A stretch of 64,000 nt of DNA, taken from the NCBI GenBank assembly GCA_951406725.2, contig OX597818.1, forward strand, positions 131,316,001-131,380,000, in the 5' to 3' direction. Of this stretch, positions 1 through 13,375 are shown in pieces. The position numbers were made by a program, and so were the translations under genes. Numbering within the stretch: position 1 is the first letter of the stretch; every line of letters starts with the position of its first letter. Source of the stretch: Octopus vulgaris. Its lineage: Eukaryota. The notes under the pieces were generated by a model, which ran no database searches, had not been told where the DNA came from, and worked only from the letters and a program-made list of their open reading frames with translations.

Positions 1-225
1 TGAAGATGGTGGTGATGATGATGATGATGAGGAGGAGGAGGAGGAGAAGGAAAAGGAAGAAGGGGAGGAGGAGGAGGAAGGATAATGACGGCAATGATGA
101 CGATGATTGTAGGGATGATGGTGATGATGATGATTGATGTTGACAATGAAGATGACAAGGAAGGCGATGATTTTGATGATGATGTAGTTTGATGATGAAG
201 ATGGTGGTGATGATGATGATGCAAC

Positions 226-256
<31 letters not shown>

Positions 257-985
257 AGTGATGATGATGATGACGATGAGGAGAAGGAAAAGGAAGAAGG
301 GGAGGAGGCGGAGGAGGAAGGATAATGACGGCAATGATGACGATGATTGTGGGGATGATGGTGATGATGATGATGATGTTGACAATGAAGATGACAAGGA
401 AGACGGTGATTTTGATGATGCTGTTTGATGATGAAGATGGTGGTGAGAATGATGATGCAACTGATGATGATGATGATGATGATGTTGATAATGGATATGA
501 TAAGGATGACAATGATGAGGATGTTATTGATGATAATGATTGATATACTGATGACAATGATGATGATGAGGGATGATGCTGATTACAGATATGACGATGA
601 TGATGATGAAAATGATAATGATGATGATGCTGATAACAGATATGACGATGATGATGATGATGATGCTGATTACAAATATGACGATGATGATGATGACAAT
701 GATGGTGATGAAGGATGATGCTGGTTATAGATATGATGATGATGATGATGATGATGATTACAATGATGATGACGAAGATGATTATGATGAGGATGCTGCT
801 GCAAATGAAGATGATAATGAAGATAGTGATAGTGATGATGGCAGAAATGTTTATGGTAATAACGACAATAATGACCATGATAATGATGATAATGATGATG
901 GTGATCATGCTGACACTGTAATTGCTACTGATATTGGTTATCATGATGATGATGATGATGATGATGGTAATGAAAGACAGTTTAA
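1..985. repeat. (GAT)n-rich low-complexity array with an imperfect higher-order unit of ~200-240 bp
   Basis: TGAAGATGGTGGTGA recurs at ~1, 196 and 432, and GGATAATGACGGCAATGATGACGATGATTGT at ~80 and ~320. The poly-D/poly-M ORFs are read-throughs of the repeat. Confidence 0.9.
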
Positions 986-1200
986 GTAAGCAACTCAGAT
1001 TCACAATCAGATGATACAATAAAGTGAAGCTGATGCTTAAATTTTGTTGGTTTTTTTTAACATTTTATTTCACCCTTTTTTAAAAATTTTATCTTGCTTT
1101 ACTTTTTTTTTTCAATGCTTTCTTTCATTTTATAATACTTTGATTATTGTTGTTGTCGTTGTTGTTTTTACAGGTTTTTGCTCTTTTTTTCCCCTCTTAC

Positions 1201-1266
1201 TCAATGAACTGAAAATATGCATAAAAGGAAGAGTTGAAACACGGTTCCCAATCACTTCCGCAACAC
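1201..1266 (-). CDS. candidate 66-nt exon, peptide CCGSDWEPCFNSSFYAYFQFI(E/D), gene unknown
   Basis: Minus strand: ...tattttacttctgtag|GTGTTGCGG...TTCATTGA|gtaagag. Length is a multiple of 3, one frame is open, and it is an island of complex sequence among microsatellites. No homologue recognised. Confidence 0.3.
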
Positions 1267-1475
1267 CTACAGAAGTAAAATATACATACAACCTCCTCAT
1301 AATGTCCAGCATCAAAGCAACAAAGAAGCAACCACATACACACATACATACATACATCAGACAGACAGACAGAAAGACAACAGACAGATAAATAAGATAG
1401 ATAGATTACATATGCATACATGTACATGTGATACATGTACGTATGTATGTGCATGTCTGTGAGTGTTTCTGTATG

Positions 1476-1517
<42 letters not shown>

Positions 1518-1548
1518 TGTATACATATAATAACACATACATATAATT

Positions 1549-1644
<96 letters not shown>

Positions 1645-2192
1645 AGAGAGAGAGAGAGAGAGAAAGAAGAAGAAAGTGTACATTTTGTATATATGTTGCT
1701 ACAGACACATACACACATCAATATATATATATATGCATGTATATTCATATATACACATGCATATATGTGTCAGTGTGTGTGCATGTACATATATATATAT
1801 ATATATATATATACACAATATTTAATACTCAAAGTAAATCAACTTGATGACCAAAATAATTAGAGACTAAAATAAACAAAAGAAACAAAGAAATCCCCCC
1901 ACCCTCCACTTAACTCCTCAGATTTCAACCACATGTAATAAATTTAAAATATGATTTTTAAAAAAAATATATATATTAACACCACCCACCCGCCCACCCA
2001 CCCATATACCTACGATGAAATTGCCAAAGAAAAGAAGAAAAAAACACACAATTAAATAAAGCAATGTTATTGAAAGCAAATATAGAAGATAGGAAGCGGT
2101 GAGCTGGTAGATTACAATGCCAGAACACTGTATGATATTGAAATATTGGCACTTGTCAACAATTCAAATATGCTAAAGGAATAGCTTAACAA

Positions 2193-2235
<43 letters not shown>

Positions 2236-2241
2236 TGTATG

Positions 2242-2301
<60 letters not shown>

Positions 2302-2357
2302 AATACTAAATACATGTATGCATATATATATATATAAATGCATGTTTCTGTATATGC

Positions 2358-2404
<47 letters not shown>

Positions 2405-2413
<9 letters not shown>

Positions 2414-2745
2414 GCATGCAACTATAAATATATTGTGTGTATATACATATATATATATATATATATCTGTATGCATGTATACATATATGTAAATACATGT
2501 ATATGTATACATATATATATGTATGTATATACATATACATGTATTTATATATATATAATATATATATATATATTATATACATGCATGCAACTATAAATAT
2601 ATTGTGTGTATATACATATATATATATATATCTGTATGCATGTATACATATATGTAAATACATGTATATGTACACATATATATATGTATGTATATACATA
2701 TACATGTATTTATATATATATATATATATATACATATATACATAT
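2405..2745. repeat. tandem duplication (~170 bp unit) of degenerate TA/CA microsatellite
   Basis: CATGCATGCAACTATAAATATATTGTGTG and the following ~140 bp occur at ~2411 and ~2580. Confidence 0.85.
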
Positions 2746-3044
2746 GTATGCAGGTATATATAATTTTTATGTTCCTTTTCCCATGCCTAACACGTTTTAG
2801 ACAAATATGTTATTAAAATATTGCTTGCAACCAAATACCCTTTCAGTTGCTAACTCCTACCTGTTTTTCAAATAATGGTTATCTTATTCCCCATGTCTCC
2901 AAATGTGCAAAGCCAACAGACAACCCATTGGTAGGGAATATGAGAGCTATATCACTATCCACTGCTGAGAGATTTTCAGACACATGCAAACATAAATGAA
3001 GATACATGTGAACATAGACTCACACCTACTTATCAATACTTACA

Positions 3045-3095
<51 letters not shown>

Positions 3096-3125
3096 ACACA
3101 CACGCACACACACAAAGATGTAGTT

Positions 3126-3521
3126 TCAAGCATGACTGTGTAGTAAGCTGTTTGCTTCCCAACCATATGATTCTGGGTTCAGTTCCATTGTGTGACATCT
3201 AGGGCAAATGTCATCTGTGATAACCTTGGGCTGACCAAAGCTTTGTGAGTGGATTTAGTAGATGAAAGCTGAAAGAAGCCCACCATATACGTGTGTATGG
3301 GTGTGTGTGTGTGTGTGTGTCTTTGTGTCTGCATTTGTACCCTGACACTGCTTCCCAACCAGTGTTGGTGTGTTTACAGCCCTGTAACTTAGCAGTTCAA
3401 CAGAAGCAGTCGATAAAATAAGGACTGAAGTTGATTCATTCAATTAGAAATTCTCCAGGGCAGTGCTCCAGCATGGCCATACTCCAATGACTGAAGCAAG
3501 TAAAAGATAAAGGATAAAAGA
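3126..3521 (+). mobile_element. tRNA-derived SINE, family A (diverged copy)
   Basis: Colinear with the intact copy at 37186: tRNA-like head, internal (TG)n, and ...CTCCAGCATGGCC...AATGACTGAAGCAAGTAAAAG tail. Confidence 0.8.
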
Positions 3522-3789
3522 TATACACACACAAAATGACAAAAGTCCTAGATCAAACCAGAATAAAGTTTCTCACCATAACTTCCTATCAACCTATAAG
3601 CTACAATTGGATACTTCCTTTTTTCCTCCTCTGTCACTCCTTCCTACACAACTACTTCCCCAATTTACCTACACCACACATAACTATCACTCACAAAGAT
3701 TTAGCATTCATATGACAAATCTGAAAAAACCTATATATGTGTATCTTCCTTATTTCCAACAGAGATAAAGAATGGTCACTGAGAAAATG

Positions 3790-4190
3790 ATGAGGAAAGA
3801 AGAAGAATTTGAATTAAAAAGTCTTGAAGGTTAAATATTGTGTTTATCTACAGAGATTCATCCAGATGTATCAGTTAACGTTCGTAAACTGAGCAACACT
3901 AAAAGATGCTGTTTAAAGCTAATAAACCATCATCAAAGCTGAAATCAAAGAAATGGCTCGTATCTTTTCCAGCTTTGGGGAAAATCTTCAGATCTAAACA
4001 TAGTCAGCTATTCTGATGTCACTTATGTTAGTTAGAAAGGTGGATCATCATAGGATGGCTCTATCATATTTGTTTGAAATAATATGAACAAGATGGCTCT
4101 AATATTTTGGTCATCAAAGAACTGGAATGCCTAATGTAAAGTCCATTAGCTTCAGAGGCTCATAACACTCAGTGAAGCAGCTGATGGTTG
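3790..4190 (+). mobile_element. decayed Copia-type LTR retrotransposon, RT end / RNase H fragment
   Basis: Translation across stops and shifts gives LKSLEG*ILCLSTEIHPDVS...LNIVSYSDVTY..KGGSS*DGSIIFV...IFWSSK...KSPLASEA..LSEAAD. This resembles the Copia RNase H pattern YxDA..SQxG..W.SK..S.LA.E. Confidence 0.5.
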
Positions 4191-4217
4191 AAAATGACAA
4201 GATTCCAGGTGATAATA

Positions 4218-4430
4218 TTGATTTCAAATTTTGACACAATGCCAGCAATTTTGGACGATGAGATAAATTGATTACCTTGACCTCAGTCCCCAACTGTCAC
4301 TTATTTTTTATTGAACCTGAAAGGATGAAAAGCAAAGTCAACCTTTGTGGAATTTGAACTCAGAACATAAAGATGGACAAAATGCCGCTAAGCATTTTGC
4401 CCGGTGTGCTAACAGTTCTGCCAGCTTGCT
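4218..4430 (-). mobile_element. SINE family E (Meta/MESC-domain-like), diverged
   Basis: Matches the copy at 38882, including the reverse complement of TTTCATCCTTTCAGGTTCAATAAA. Confidence 0.7.
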
Positions 4431-4447
4431 GCTTTATTCCAGGTGAT

Positions 4448-4479
<32 letters not shown>

Positions 4480-5299
4480 TGTATGCATGTATGTAACTTT
4501 AATTATTGACATGGTTAAGGAGCTCACTTTTCAGCCACATGGTTTGGCTTTCACTCCCATTGCATGATACTTTGTGCAAGTGTCTTCTACAATAACCCTG
4601 ATTCAAATCCATAACTTACCAAAGGAGACAAATAGAATAACTACCAGACTTAAGATATATGTTCTGGGGTGAATTTATCTGACTAAACCACTGAAAGCAG
4701 TGATCTAACATGGTTGCTGACCAATGAGTAAAGCAAGTAAAAGATGCAAGAAATACACACACAGAGATACAAACATACACACACAAGCATGTACACATGC
4801 TGATTTCCTGTTCACTATGCTGTATTTTCTAAGTAATTGTTGTCACTGAAATACCAGCATCAAACCATGACACCACGTGACCTTTCTTGACTAATTGCAA
4901 CCCACTTTCTGGTAATAACAACTGACTTTCTTCAACAGAACTCTCATTAGAATTCTCAATGGCTGAGGATTAGCATCACACTTGAAACTCGGAGTGCCAA
5001 CAAATTTGATTCAAATTGTTATGATCCCTGCATACATACATACACACACACACACACATATATATCTTTAGAATTAACATTTCAGTTAAGTAATACAGCA
5101 GTGTGTATTATTTAAATAACACAGATGTATGTATGCATGGGCATGTGTGCCTAACTACATGACTGTACATGAAGGTGTGTGTATCTGTATGAAGATACAT
5201 ATGCAAGTTCACAAACTCCTATGTATACATATATGCATGTTTATATACACATAACGCATATATATATATATATATATTACATATATAAAATAAAGTAAA

Positions 5300-5632
5300 T
5301 ACCCCCTTCAGTCATGAGTGATCATTGGATTGCACCTAGAATGTTCCCCTCCAAGGACAAGTCCAAGCAAGGTTGGTTATGGAAGACCAGCTGTTGCCCA
5401 TGCATACCAGCCTCCTCTCTCCATGCCAATGATGTTATCCAAAAGAAAGACAAAGGCTGATACAGCTTGGCACTAGTGACGTTTCAACTTATTTCTACAG
5501 CTGAGTGAACTGGAATAATGTGAAATAAAGTGTCTTGCTTAAGTACACAACGCACAGCCTGGTCCCAAAATCAAACTCACTACATCATGATTGTGAGTCT
5601 GACCCTCTAAACACTGAGCCATGTGCCTTCAC
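5300..5632 (-). mobile_element. tRNA-derived SINE, family C
   Basis: Colinear with the copies at 57494, 10085 and 25715 (GGATTGCACCTAGAA...GAAATAAAGTGTCTTGCT...CCACTGAGCCA). Confidence 0.85.
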
Positions 5633-5637
5633 AATAC

Positions 5638-5670
<33 letters not shown>

Positions 5671-5709
5671 TGTATGTATGTATGTGTGTGTGTGCATGTG
5701 TCTATAATA

Positions 5710-6022
5710 GGAGCACTCTGTTGGTTATGATGACGAGGGTCCCAGCTGATACGATCAACGGAACAGCCTGCTCGTGAAATTAACGTGCAGTGACTGAGCA
5801 ATCCACAGACACACATACCCCAAACATAGTTCTCAGGGAGATTAAGCGTGACACAAAGTGTGACAAGACCGGCCCTTTGAAATACAGGTACGACTCATTT
5901 TTGCCAGCGGAGTGGACTGGAGCAACGTGAAATAAAGTGTCTTGCTCAAGGACACAACACGTCGCTAGGAATCGAACTCACAACCTTACAATCGTGAGCA
6001 GAATGCCCTAACCACTAAGCCA
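5710..6022 (-). mobile_element. chimeric SINE: family-C-like head with family-B tail
   Basis: The right part matches the family C head (GGAGCAACGTGAAATAAAGTGTCTTGCTCAAG). The left part matches the family B tail (GACGAGGGT...GGAACAGCCTGCTCGTGAAATTAACGTG). Confidence 0.8.
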
Positions 6023-6715
6023 CACATACATACATAAATATATATGTGTGAGTGTATATGTATGTCTACATGTCCACATGCAAACAATCATATTCACACA
6101 CATAAAGACAGAGACCACAGAACCTGATAGAACAACCTAGAGCAGTTAATCACCTACCGGTTCTAATATATAGAAATTACATCCATCCTACTTTCACTTT
6201 CTCTTTCCTTCTGACACCTCTCTCTCTCTCTCCCTCTCTCTATCTCTCTCTCTCTCACACACACTATCTTCACTCTCTTTCTCACTGCATGGCAAAGCTT
6301 AATTATTTTCCTTTTGTGTTTCAACTTCATTGTCATTGACTGAATCATTGCCAATCTATTCTTTATTGTTGTTTAGCTGTGGAAATTATATAGAAATATG
6401 TAGAGAATTATGCATAAAGATAATAGATATCTGTATGAGCTGTGTTGAAAGATAGGGAAATATGCACACGGTATATAGAAATGTGTGTCTATGCATATGT
6501 GTACATATATGTATAAATATGAGTGTGAGAATGTATGGGTGAGCTTGTATGTGTGAGTGTCTATGTGTACATACACATATATATGTATGTATATATATAC
6601 ATGTATGTAAATCTACATATATATGCATATAGATACACACACACATACATCTATATCTATATAAACACACACATCTATACATGAGTATGGATATATATGA
6701 GTATCTAGTATATAC

Positions 6716-6747
<32 letters not shown>

Positions 6748-6941
6748 TTGTATATATACATATATATATGTACACATATGCACATATGCATATATACACA
6801 TATATGTATATATACACATGTGTGTATATAAATACATATATGTGTGTGTATATATATACACACACATATGCATATATATATATACATATGTGTGTGTGAT
6901 ATAGTTATACATATATATATACATATATGTATATATATACA

Positions 6942-6989
<48 letters not shown>

Positions 6990-6992
6990 TAT

Positions 6993-7078
<86 letters not shown>

Positions 7079-8007
7079 GTTATATTCACTTACCATTTAT
7101 TTCTTGATATTAAAGATAATTATGTCAAAAACTTTCAATACGCTCCCAGCAAGTTGGTCACTGAACACAGTGGAATTCCTCTGTGTTCAGTGAGCCATGT
7201 CACAAAAGTATGACACAACAGGTTAACATAATAGATCACAGTATCAAGAAGTAAAAGAAAAACGAATATGATAGTTTTTGTGTGGTCTTAAATGACTTAA
7301 ATGACTCAATAACTCACCCACCCACCCACAACATAATGAATTCGCAGCTGAATTTATGATATTCTCATTGCATCTGTAAAATATCTATTCTATATCTTTT
7401 AACATATGTATATTTGTATATAAAATCTATTCTATTTTTGAATGTCTGAAATCTGCCTGTAAAGAATGGAGCTGGTTTCTGACAAAGATATGAAGCACAA
7501 TTGTTGGAAAGTAGATAACAAAAGCAAATTCCCATTTTGAACTTTTGAAAAGTCTTGCATACTTTTATTGTTCTGCCTACAGATCATATCTATAATGTGC
7601 ATGTTAGCTGGTTGTTTTCTCCAGCTTTTGCAGATTGCCACTTAGACATTTACTCACAAAAATTAGTGCACCAATTATTATTGGTATGAACATGAATGAA
7701 TAAATGTATGCGTGCATGTCATTATTCAGTCCATTTCAAGATTTCTTACCTATAGAGAAAGAGCTGGTTTCTAACCTTGGTCCAAGGATCCTTCATTGGA
7801 ATTTCAACATCAATAACAGGGTATTTTTGTATGTATGTGTGTATATATGTAAGTACGTATGTATGTTTGTGCAGATTTGTATGTTCTATGTATGTATTCT
7901 CATGCATATAGTTGTATATCTAGACATGGTCATATATATATTCAAGTGATAAACTTTTGGAAAGTTTTACAGATTTTTACAGTTTCAGTGATGAATTGGA
8001 TCTGTAG

Positions 8008-8590
8008 TCTTCAAATTAGCTTTCTCCTTTTTGTTTTTGAGAAGCCTAATTTCTCAAGATTGGTATTTAGGCAGTGAGTTACATATCCCAGGTCCCCAAT
8101 AATTACAGGTATAACCTGAACTTGTAATCTGGATGGATTTCTCAATAGTTCAGCATAGGTGTTCTCTTTTCCACTGATCTTAACATCCGGTGGGCAGCTA
8201 ATTTCCACAACTGTGCACAGCTTCTCTTCTCTATTCCAAATCATTATATCAGGTCTGTTGTGCTTACATTTTTTTGAGGTCTTCATGGGTACTTTCCACC
8301 AGTATTCCTTTTTATTATGAAAGGTTATGGCTTCTACTATATAGTGGGTTCTTTTTTTTTTTTGTCCTTGAGATTATTCTGCCAACGGATTTCATTATAG
8401 AGTGTTCTAGATACATCATGTCTCATTGGTAGATAATACCATGATGACATTTTCGGACAACTGCTTATGACATGCATGATATCTTCAGTGTGGACTCCAC
8501 AAAGTCTACACCGGTTGTCACATTTTACAGCTTTTCCTGCATCTCTATCCCTTTTGTGCATCAGGTGCTTGGTTGATATTTCCTGTTCTA
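8008..8590 (-). mobile_element. non-LTR retrotransposon relic (R4/Dong/NeSL-type): CCHC knuckle and restriction-like endonuclease
   Basis: ORFs 8337-8561 (CRLCGVHTEDIMHVISSC...RHD) and 8011-8286 (HNRPDIMIWNREEKLCTVVEISCP...KENTY...IPVIIGDLG), joined by frameshifts. These carry the CCHC and PD-(D/E)xK signatures. Confidence 0.85.
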
Positions 8591-9049
8591 TGTATGTATG
8601 TATGTATGCATTCAGTTTTTTAAATCTTAGTAATTTTCCTTAAAGGCAGGAACTGGCTTCTAACAAAGGAACAAAAATTTTATCATTAGAATTTGTATAA
8701 CAACATTAAAAACTGGTTTATATCAAACTTTAAAATGTCTCATATATCTTTATTATACCACTCACAAAGTGTTATACATTTTTCTTTTTCAGTTTGAAAT
8801 ACCTAGGTTTTCCAGATTGTTGCTAAAACATTTATTGACATAGCAAATTGCACCCATGGTTTATTGATATAAGTGTGAATTTATAATCAGGCCTCATATA
8901 TATATATAAGTGTGAGAGTGCATTTGTGTATATGGGTGTGTGTATGTGCATGTGTATGTGCATGTGTATGTGTGTGTTTGTAAATATGGACGTCTGTGTG
9001 TGTACAGATGTGGGTATATGAATATGCATATGATTTCTATTTTTCTCAC

Positions 9050-9330
9050 CATCCAAATGTGGTCTATGCCAGTGACCCTTGATTGGCTCCTATGCCAGTA
9101 GCATGTAAAAAGCACCATCCGAACGTGATCGATGCCAGTGGCCCCTGACCGGCTCCTGTGCTGGTGGCATGTAAAAATCACCCACTACACTCCCAGAGTG
9201 GTTGTCATTAGGGAAGCCATCCAGCTGGAGAAACATTACCGGATCAGATTGGAGCGTAGTGCAGCCCACTGGCTTGCCAGACCTCAGTCAAACCGTCCAA
9301 CCCATGCCAGCATGGAAAGCAGACGTTAAA
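9050..9330 (+). mobile_element. repeat family D, probable 3' UTR of the RTE-clade LINE
   Basis: Ends in CCGTCCAACCCATGCCAGCATGGAAAGCAGACGTTAAA. Other copies have (GAT)n tails, and related sequence follows the RTE RT fragment at ~49340-49450. Confidence 0.75.
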
Positions 9331-9625
9331 CCAACATACATCAAACTAACATGGTTAACCAAGATGGTTGAACCAACATCCATCAACCACTCCCCTGACA
9401 GTTCACTCAGTTCTTATTTATTGTAATCAGTTAGCCCACCTTCAGCCACATGTGGGTGTTCAGGGTCCTTCCATAACACACAGCAACACAGACACTCAGA
9501 AAGAATGAAAAAATAACATTTCTTTTGGTAAGAACACTAAAGGGAAAAATTCTAGCAACATGTTTGTTAATAACAACAATAACAGTAGGATCAACACTCA
9601 TACACATATTTTGCCTAAGTAAAAT

Positions 9626-9809
9626 GACTTTCGGAAACACTTTTTCACGCTCAGAGTTGCTGAAGCATGGAATAAACTGCCTGCGTCAGTTGTTGACTGC
9701 CATGACACTGCATCCTTTAAGGCCCTCATGCTTTCTGAAATCCGCCGAAACTACACCTGATTATATATACACTTTAGATGAGTTGTAGTGCACCTGAGCA
9801 CTGTACACA

Positions 9810-9850
<41 letters not shown>
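9626..9850 (+). mobile_element. CR1-like LINE 3' end with (TTA)n tail
   Basis: Translates FRKHFFTLRVAEAWNKLPASVVDCHDTASFKALM..., the CR1 ORF2 C-terminal FF..RV...WN.LP..VV.....FK motif. A short UTR and a simple-repeat tail follow. Confidence 0.75.
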
Positions 9851-10084
9851 AACACTGTAAATTACATAAGAGCAACAGAAGTTTTAGGTATGGCTTCAAT
9901 CTAGTCAGAAGTGAAGGTGTTTTGTCATTATAGCACATGTTTTCTTGTTTGAAGAATTTTTTCAAGAATGGCCAAAGGGTAAAAGTGTTTACTTTTATCT
10001 TTTGAAAAAGTGAAGTGACGTTCCATAAACCATCAACGAACAAATAAAGGAAGCCCTATCTGATGTGTGAGGTAAAGTCAAGAC

Positions 10085-10397
10085 ATTCTTTGGTTAAGAA
10101 TGACCATAGGATTGCACCTAGAATGTTACCCTCTGAAGCATAAATCTGGGCAAGGTTGTTTATGAAAGACCAGCAGTCGCACATGCACACCGCCCTCCCC
10201 TTTCCATACCACCGATGTTATCCAAGGAAGAAGCAAAGCAACTTAGCACCAGTGGCATCATGACTCATTTCTACAGCAGAGTGAATTGGAGCAATGTGAA
10301 ATAAAGTGTCTTACTCAAGAGCACAACACAGCCTGGCCCAAGATTTGAACTCACTACCTCATTATTGTGAGCCTGACACTCTAACCATTGAGCCAAC
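10085..10397 (-). mobile_element. tRNA-derived SINE, family C
   Basis: Colinear with 57494-57821. Confidence 0.85.
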
Positions 10398-10599
10398 CAT
10401 GATCTTATATAGTGGGATGTCTTCTTAGTTACCAAGATGAGGTGACAGTTCAAATTTGTGCATCTCACCATAATATATGCATGTGCAGGGGTCAAGGGTC
10501 ACAGTCAGGGAAATTAACAGTGACAGTGATTCCTGGTTTGTTCTCACCTTTTGTAACATAGGGGTGAGTGCAGAAATGACTTTGTTTTTCTTTCTTTTA

Positions 10600-11155
10600 C
10601 AGTCAATAAAATAAAGTACCAGTTAAGTAACTGTACTTCTTCACACAAATTTCTGGTCTAGTGCCTAAGTTAAAGAAATTGAGTTCAAATTCCACAGAGG
10701 TCAGCTTTGCCCTTTGGAATCAATAATACAAGTACCACTTGAGCACTAGGGTTGATGTAATAAACTTAACCCTTTCTTAAAATTGCTAGCCTTGTAGCAA
10801 AATTTGGAACATCATTATTATTATTACTATTACTGTTATTAGTATTATTAAGATGTTGAGTTGGCAAAATTTGGACAAGATGCCTAGTGGCATTTTTGTC
10901 TGTTTTTACATTTTGCATTCAAATTCTGTTGAGGTCAACTTTGCCGTTCATAAAGTAACAGTCAAATTTTAGGATTGATTTCATCAATTACCCCATTCCT
11001 CTTTAAACTACTAGTCTTCTAATTAAATTAAAAACCATTATTATCATTATTAATGATTCCAAGGTCAACTTTACCTTTCATCCTTTCGGGGTCAATGTAA
11101 TTGACTAGTCACTTCCCTACAAATTCCAAGCCTTGTACCTTTAGTAGAAAGGATT
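10600..11155 (+). mobile_element. cluster of 3-4 decayed SINE family E fragments
   Basis: GAGTTCAAATTC...GGTCAACTTT..CCTTTCATCCTTTCGGGGTC-like segments are repeated. Confidence 0.65.
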
Positions 11156-11232
11156 CTTATTATTCTGTTGTGTCTGGGTAGAGTCATTTTCTTTTTATTC
11201 TTACTATTATTAGTATTATTACTATTATTAGT

Positions 11233-11455
11233 TCGTGGCCGTTTGCCAGCTCCATCTGGCTCCTGTGCGGGTGGCACGTAAAAAGCACCCACTACACTCG
11301 CGGAGTGGTTGGCGTTAGGATGGGCATCCAGCCGTAGAAACACTGCCAGATCAGACTGGGCCTGATGCAGCCTTCTGGCTTCACAGACCCCAGTTGAACC
11401 GTCCAACCCATGCTAGCATGGAAAGCAGATGCTAAATGATGATGATGATGATTAT
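11233..11455 (+). mobile_element. repeat family D (RTE-like 3' end) with (GAT)n tail
   Basis: Near-identical to 56045-56270 and 60196-60472. Confidence 0.85.
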
Positions 11456-11677
11456 TATTAATACATTAATTTTTTTTTGTTTTTTATATGTAGTTCAGCA
11501 GAAATGCAAAGTAAAGATTTCTTTCTCGGTGCTTTTACATTCTGAGTTCAAACTATACTAAGGACAGCTTAACTTTTTGTCCGTCCTTCTGAGAAGTCGT
11601 TGTTAAATAGGCAGCAGTTCAATATTGGGTTCCTAAGAAGAAGGTAGAAAACTGGCAGAGTTATTAAAGCATTATAG

Positions 11678-11815
11678 AGGTACAGAAGTGGCTGTGTGGT
11701 AAGTAGCTTGCTTACCAACCACATGGTTTCTGGGTTCGGTCCCACTGCATGGCACCTCGGGCCAACCAAAGCCTTGTGAGGGGATTTGGTAGACAAAAAC
11801 TAAAGGAAGCCTGTC

Positions 11816-11846
<31 letters not shown>

Positions 11847-12222
11847 TGTATGTGTGTGTGTGTATGTATGTATGTATGTAGGTATGTATGTATATATGTA
11901 TGTATGTATGTGTGTGTGTGTGTGTGTGTTACTGTGTATGTATGTATGTATGTATGCATGTATGTATGTGTGTGTGTGTGTGTGTATATGTATGTATATG
12001 CTTGTGCATCTGTGTTTGACCCACCACCACCACCATCGCTTGACAACCGATGTCGGTGTGTCTACGTCCCTGTAACTTAGGAGTTTGGCAAAAGAGACTG
12101 ACAGAATAAGCACTAGGCTTACAAAGAATAAGTTCTGGCGTCGATTTGTTCAGCTAAAGGCAGTGCTCCAATATGGCTGCAATCAAATGACTGAAACAAA
12201 TAAAAGAGTAAAGAATAAGAGT
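11678..12222 (+). mobile_element. tRNA-derived SINE, family A, with expanded internal (TATG)n/(TG)n
   Basis: A-box-like GTGGCTGTGTGGTAAG and B-box-like GGTTCGGTCCC; the tail matches other copies. Confidence 0.9.
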
Positions 12223-12530
12223 AATGCTTTGCAGTATTTGTTACAACTTGCCACACTCATCAGTCATCATCATCATTGTCATCATCATCATTGTCATCAT
12301 CATCATTGTCATCATCATCATTGTCATCATCATCATTGTCATCATCATCATCATTGTCATCATCATCAACTTCTGGGCCCTCAGTTTTGACATGCTTACT
12401 ATGACTGGATGCCCTTCCTAATGTCAACCTTGTGTGTACAGGCTGCTCGTATGTACCACTGACACTAATAGGGTTGCCAAAGTAAGTTGCAAAATTAAAA
12501 AAACAAGATGGAGGAAACCCCACCCCCCGG

Positions 12531-13375
12531 GACTAAGTGGAGAATGGAGTAATTTTAGTAAGAGGGAGGTGGTTTTATGATAAGTGCTGAGAGGCTAAAC
12601 TATGACACAGGGACAAAAACAGGTGAGTTCAAATTCCACAGGTGTCAGCTTTATATTTCAGTGCTTCAAGGTTGATAAACAAAAATAATAGCTAAGTGCA
12701 GCAGTTGATTTCACCTGTACTGCTCTCACTACCCTTGCTTTTATTCTCTAACAGCTGGTTATATAAAGGAACCCAGAAAGGAGTAATCACATTTTTGGCC
12801 CTAGTATCAGAACTGAACAAGAAAGATGAACCCCTACAGAGTGGAGTAATTTTAGAAAGAGAAAGTTGGCCTTATGATAGGTGCTGAGAGATTAAACTAT
12901 GACAGAGGAACAAGAACAGATGAGTTCGGATTCCACTAGAGCCAACTTCACCTTTCAGTGCTTCAAAGAGTTGCAGGAGTTGATTTTACCTGTACTGCTC
13001 TCCCTTCACTCTCTCTTGTTCTCTAACAACTGGCTATGAGAAGGAGTGCTTACATTTATAATCCTAAGAACAAAAGAACAGGAAAGAGAAATACCCCCAT
13101 GACTAAATGGAGAGTGGGGTAATTTTAGTAAGCAAGGGTTAGCTTTATGATAGGTGCGGAGAGGCTAAACAATGGTAGACAGACAAGGACAGGAGAGTTC
13201 AAATTCCACCTGGGGCCAGCTTTACCTTTTAGTGCTTCAAGTTTCATAGTGAAATGCAGGAGTTGATTTCACCTGTATTGTTCTCCCTACCCTCTCTCTT
13301 GCTCTCTTATAACCGGTTATGTGAAGGAACCCAGAAAGGAGTGCTCACATTTCTGGCCCTGATAACCCTTCTAAT
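12531..13375. repeat. diverged tandem triplication, unit ~270-300 bp
   Basis: GAGT(/A)GGAGTAATTTTAG...GAGAGGCTAAAC...GAGTTCAAATTCCAC...GTTGATTTCACCTGTA units start at ~12531, ~12838 and ~13101. Confidence 0.85.

Noticed and set aside
189-989. Poly-Asp/poly-Met ORFs
   Set aside because: Read-through of the (GAT)n array; the frame switches repeatedly and there is no non-repetitive coding context.
1280-1302. let-7-like sequence on the minus strand (TGAGGAGGTTGTATGT)
   Set aside because: Seed differs from let-7 (lacks TAGT) and no precursor hairpin is evident.
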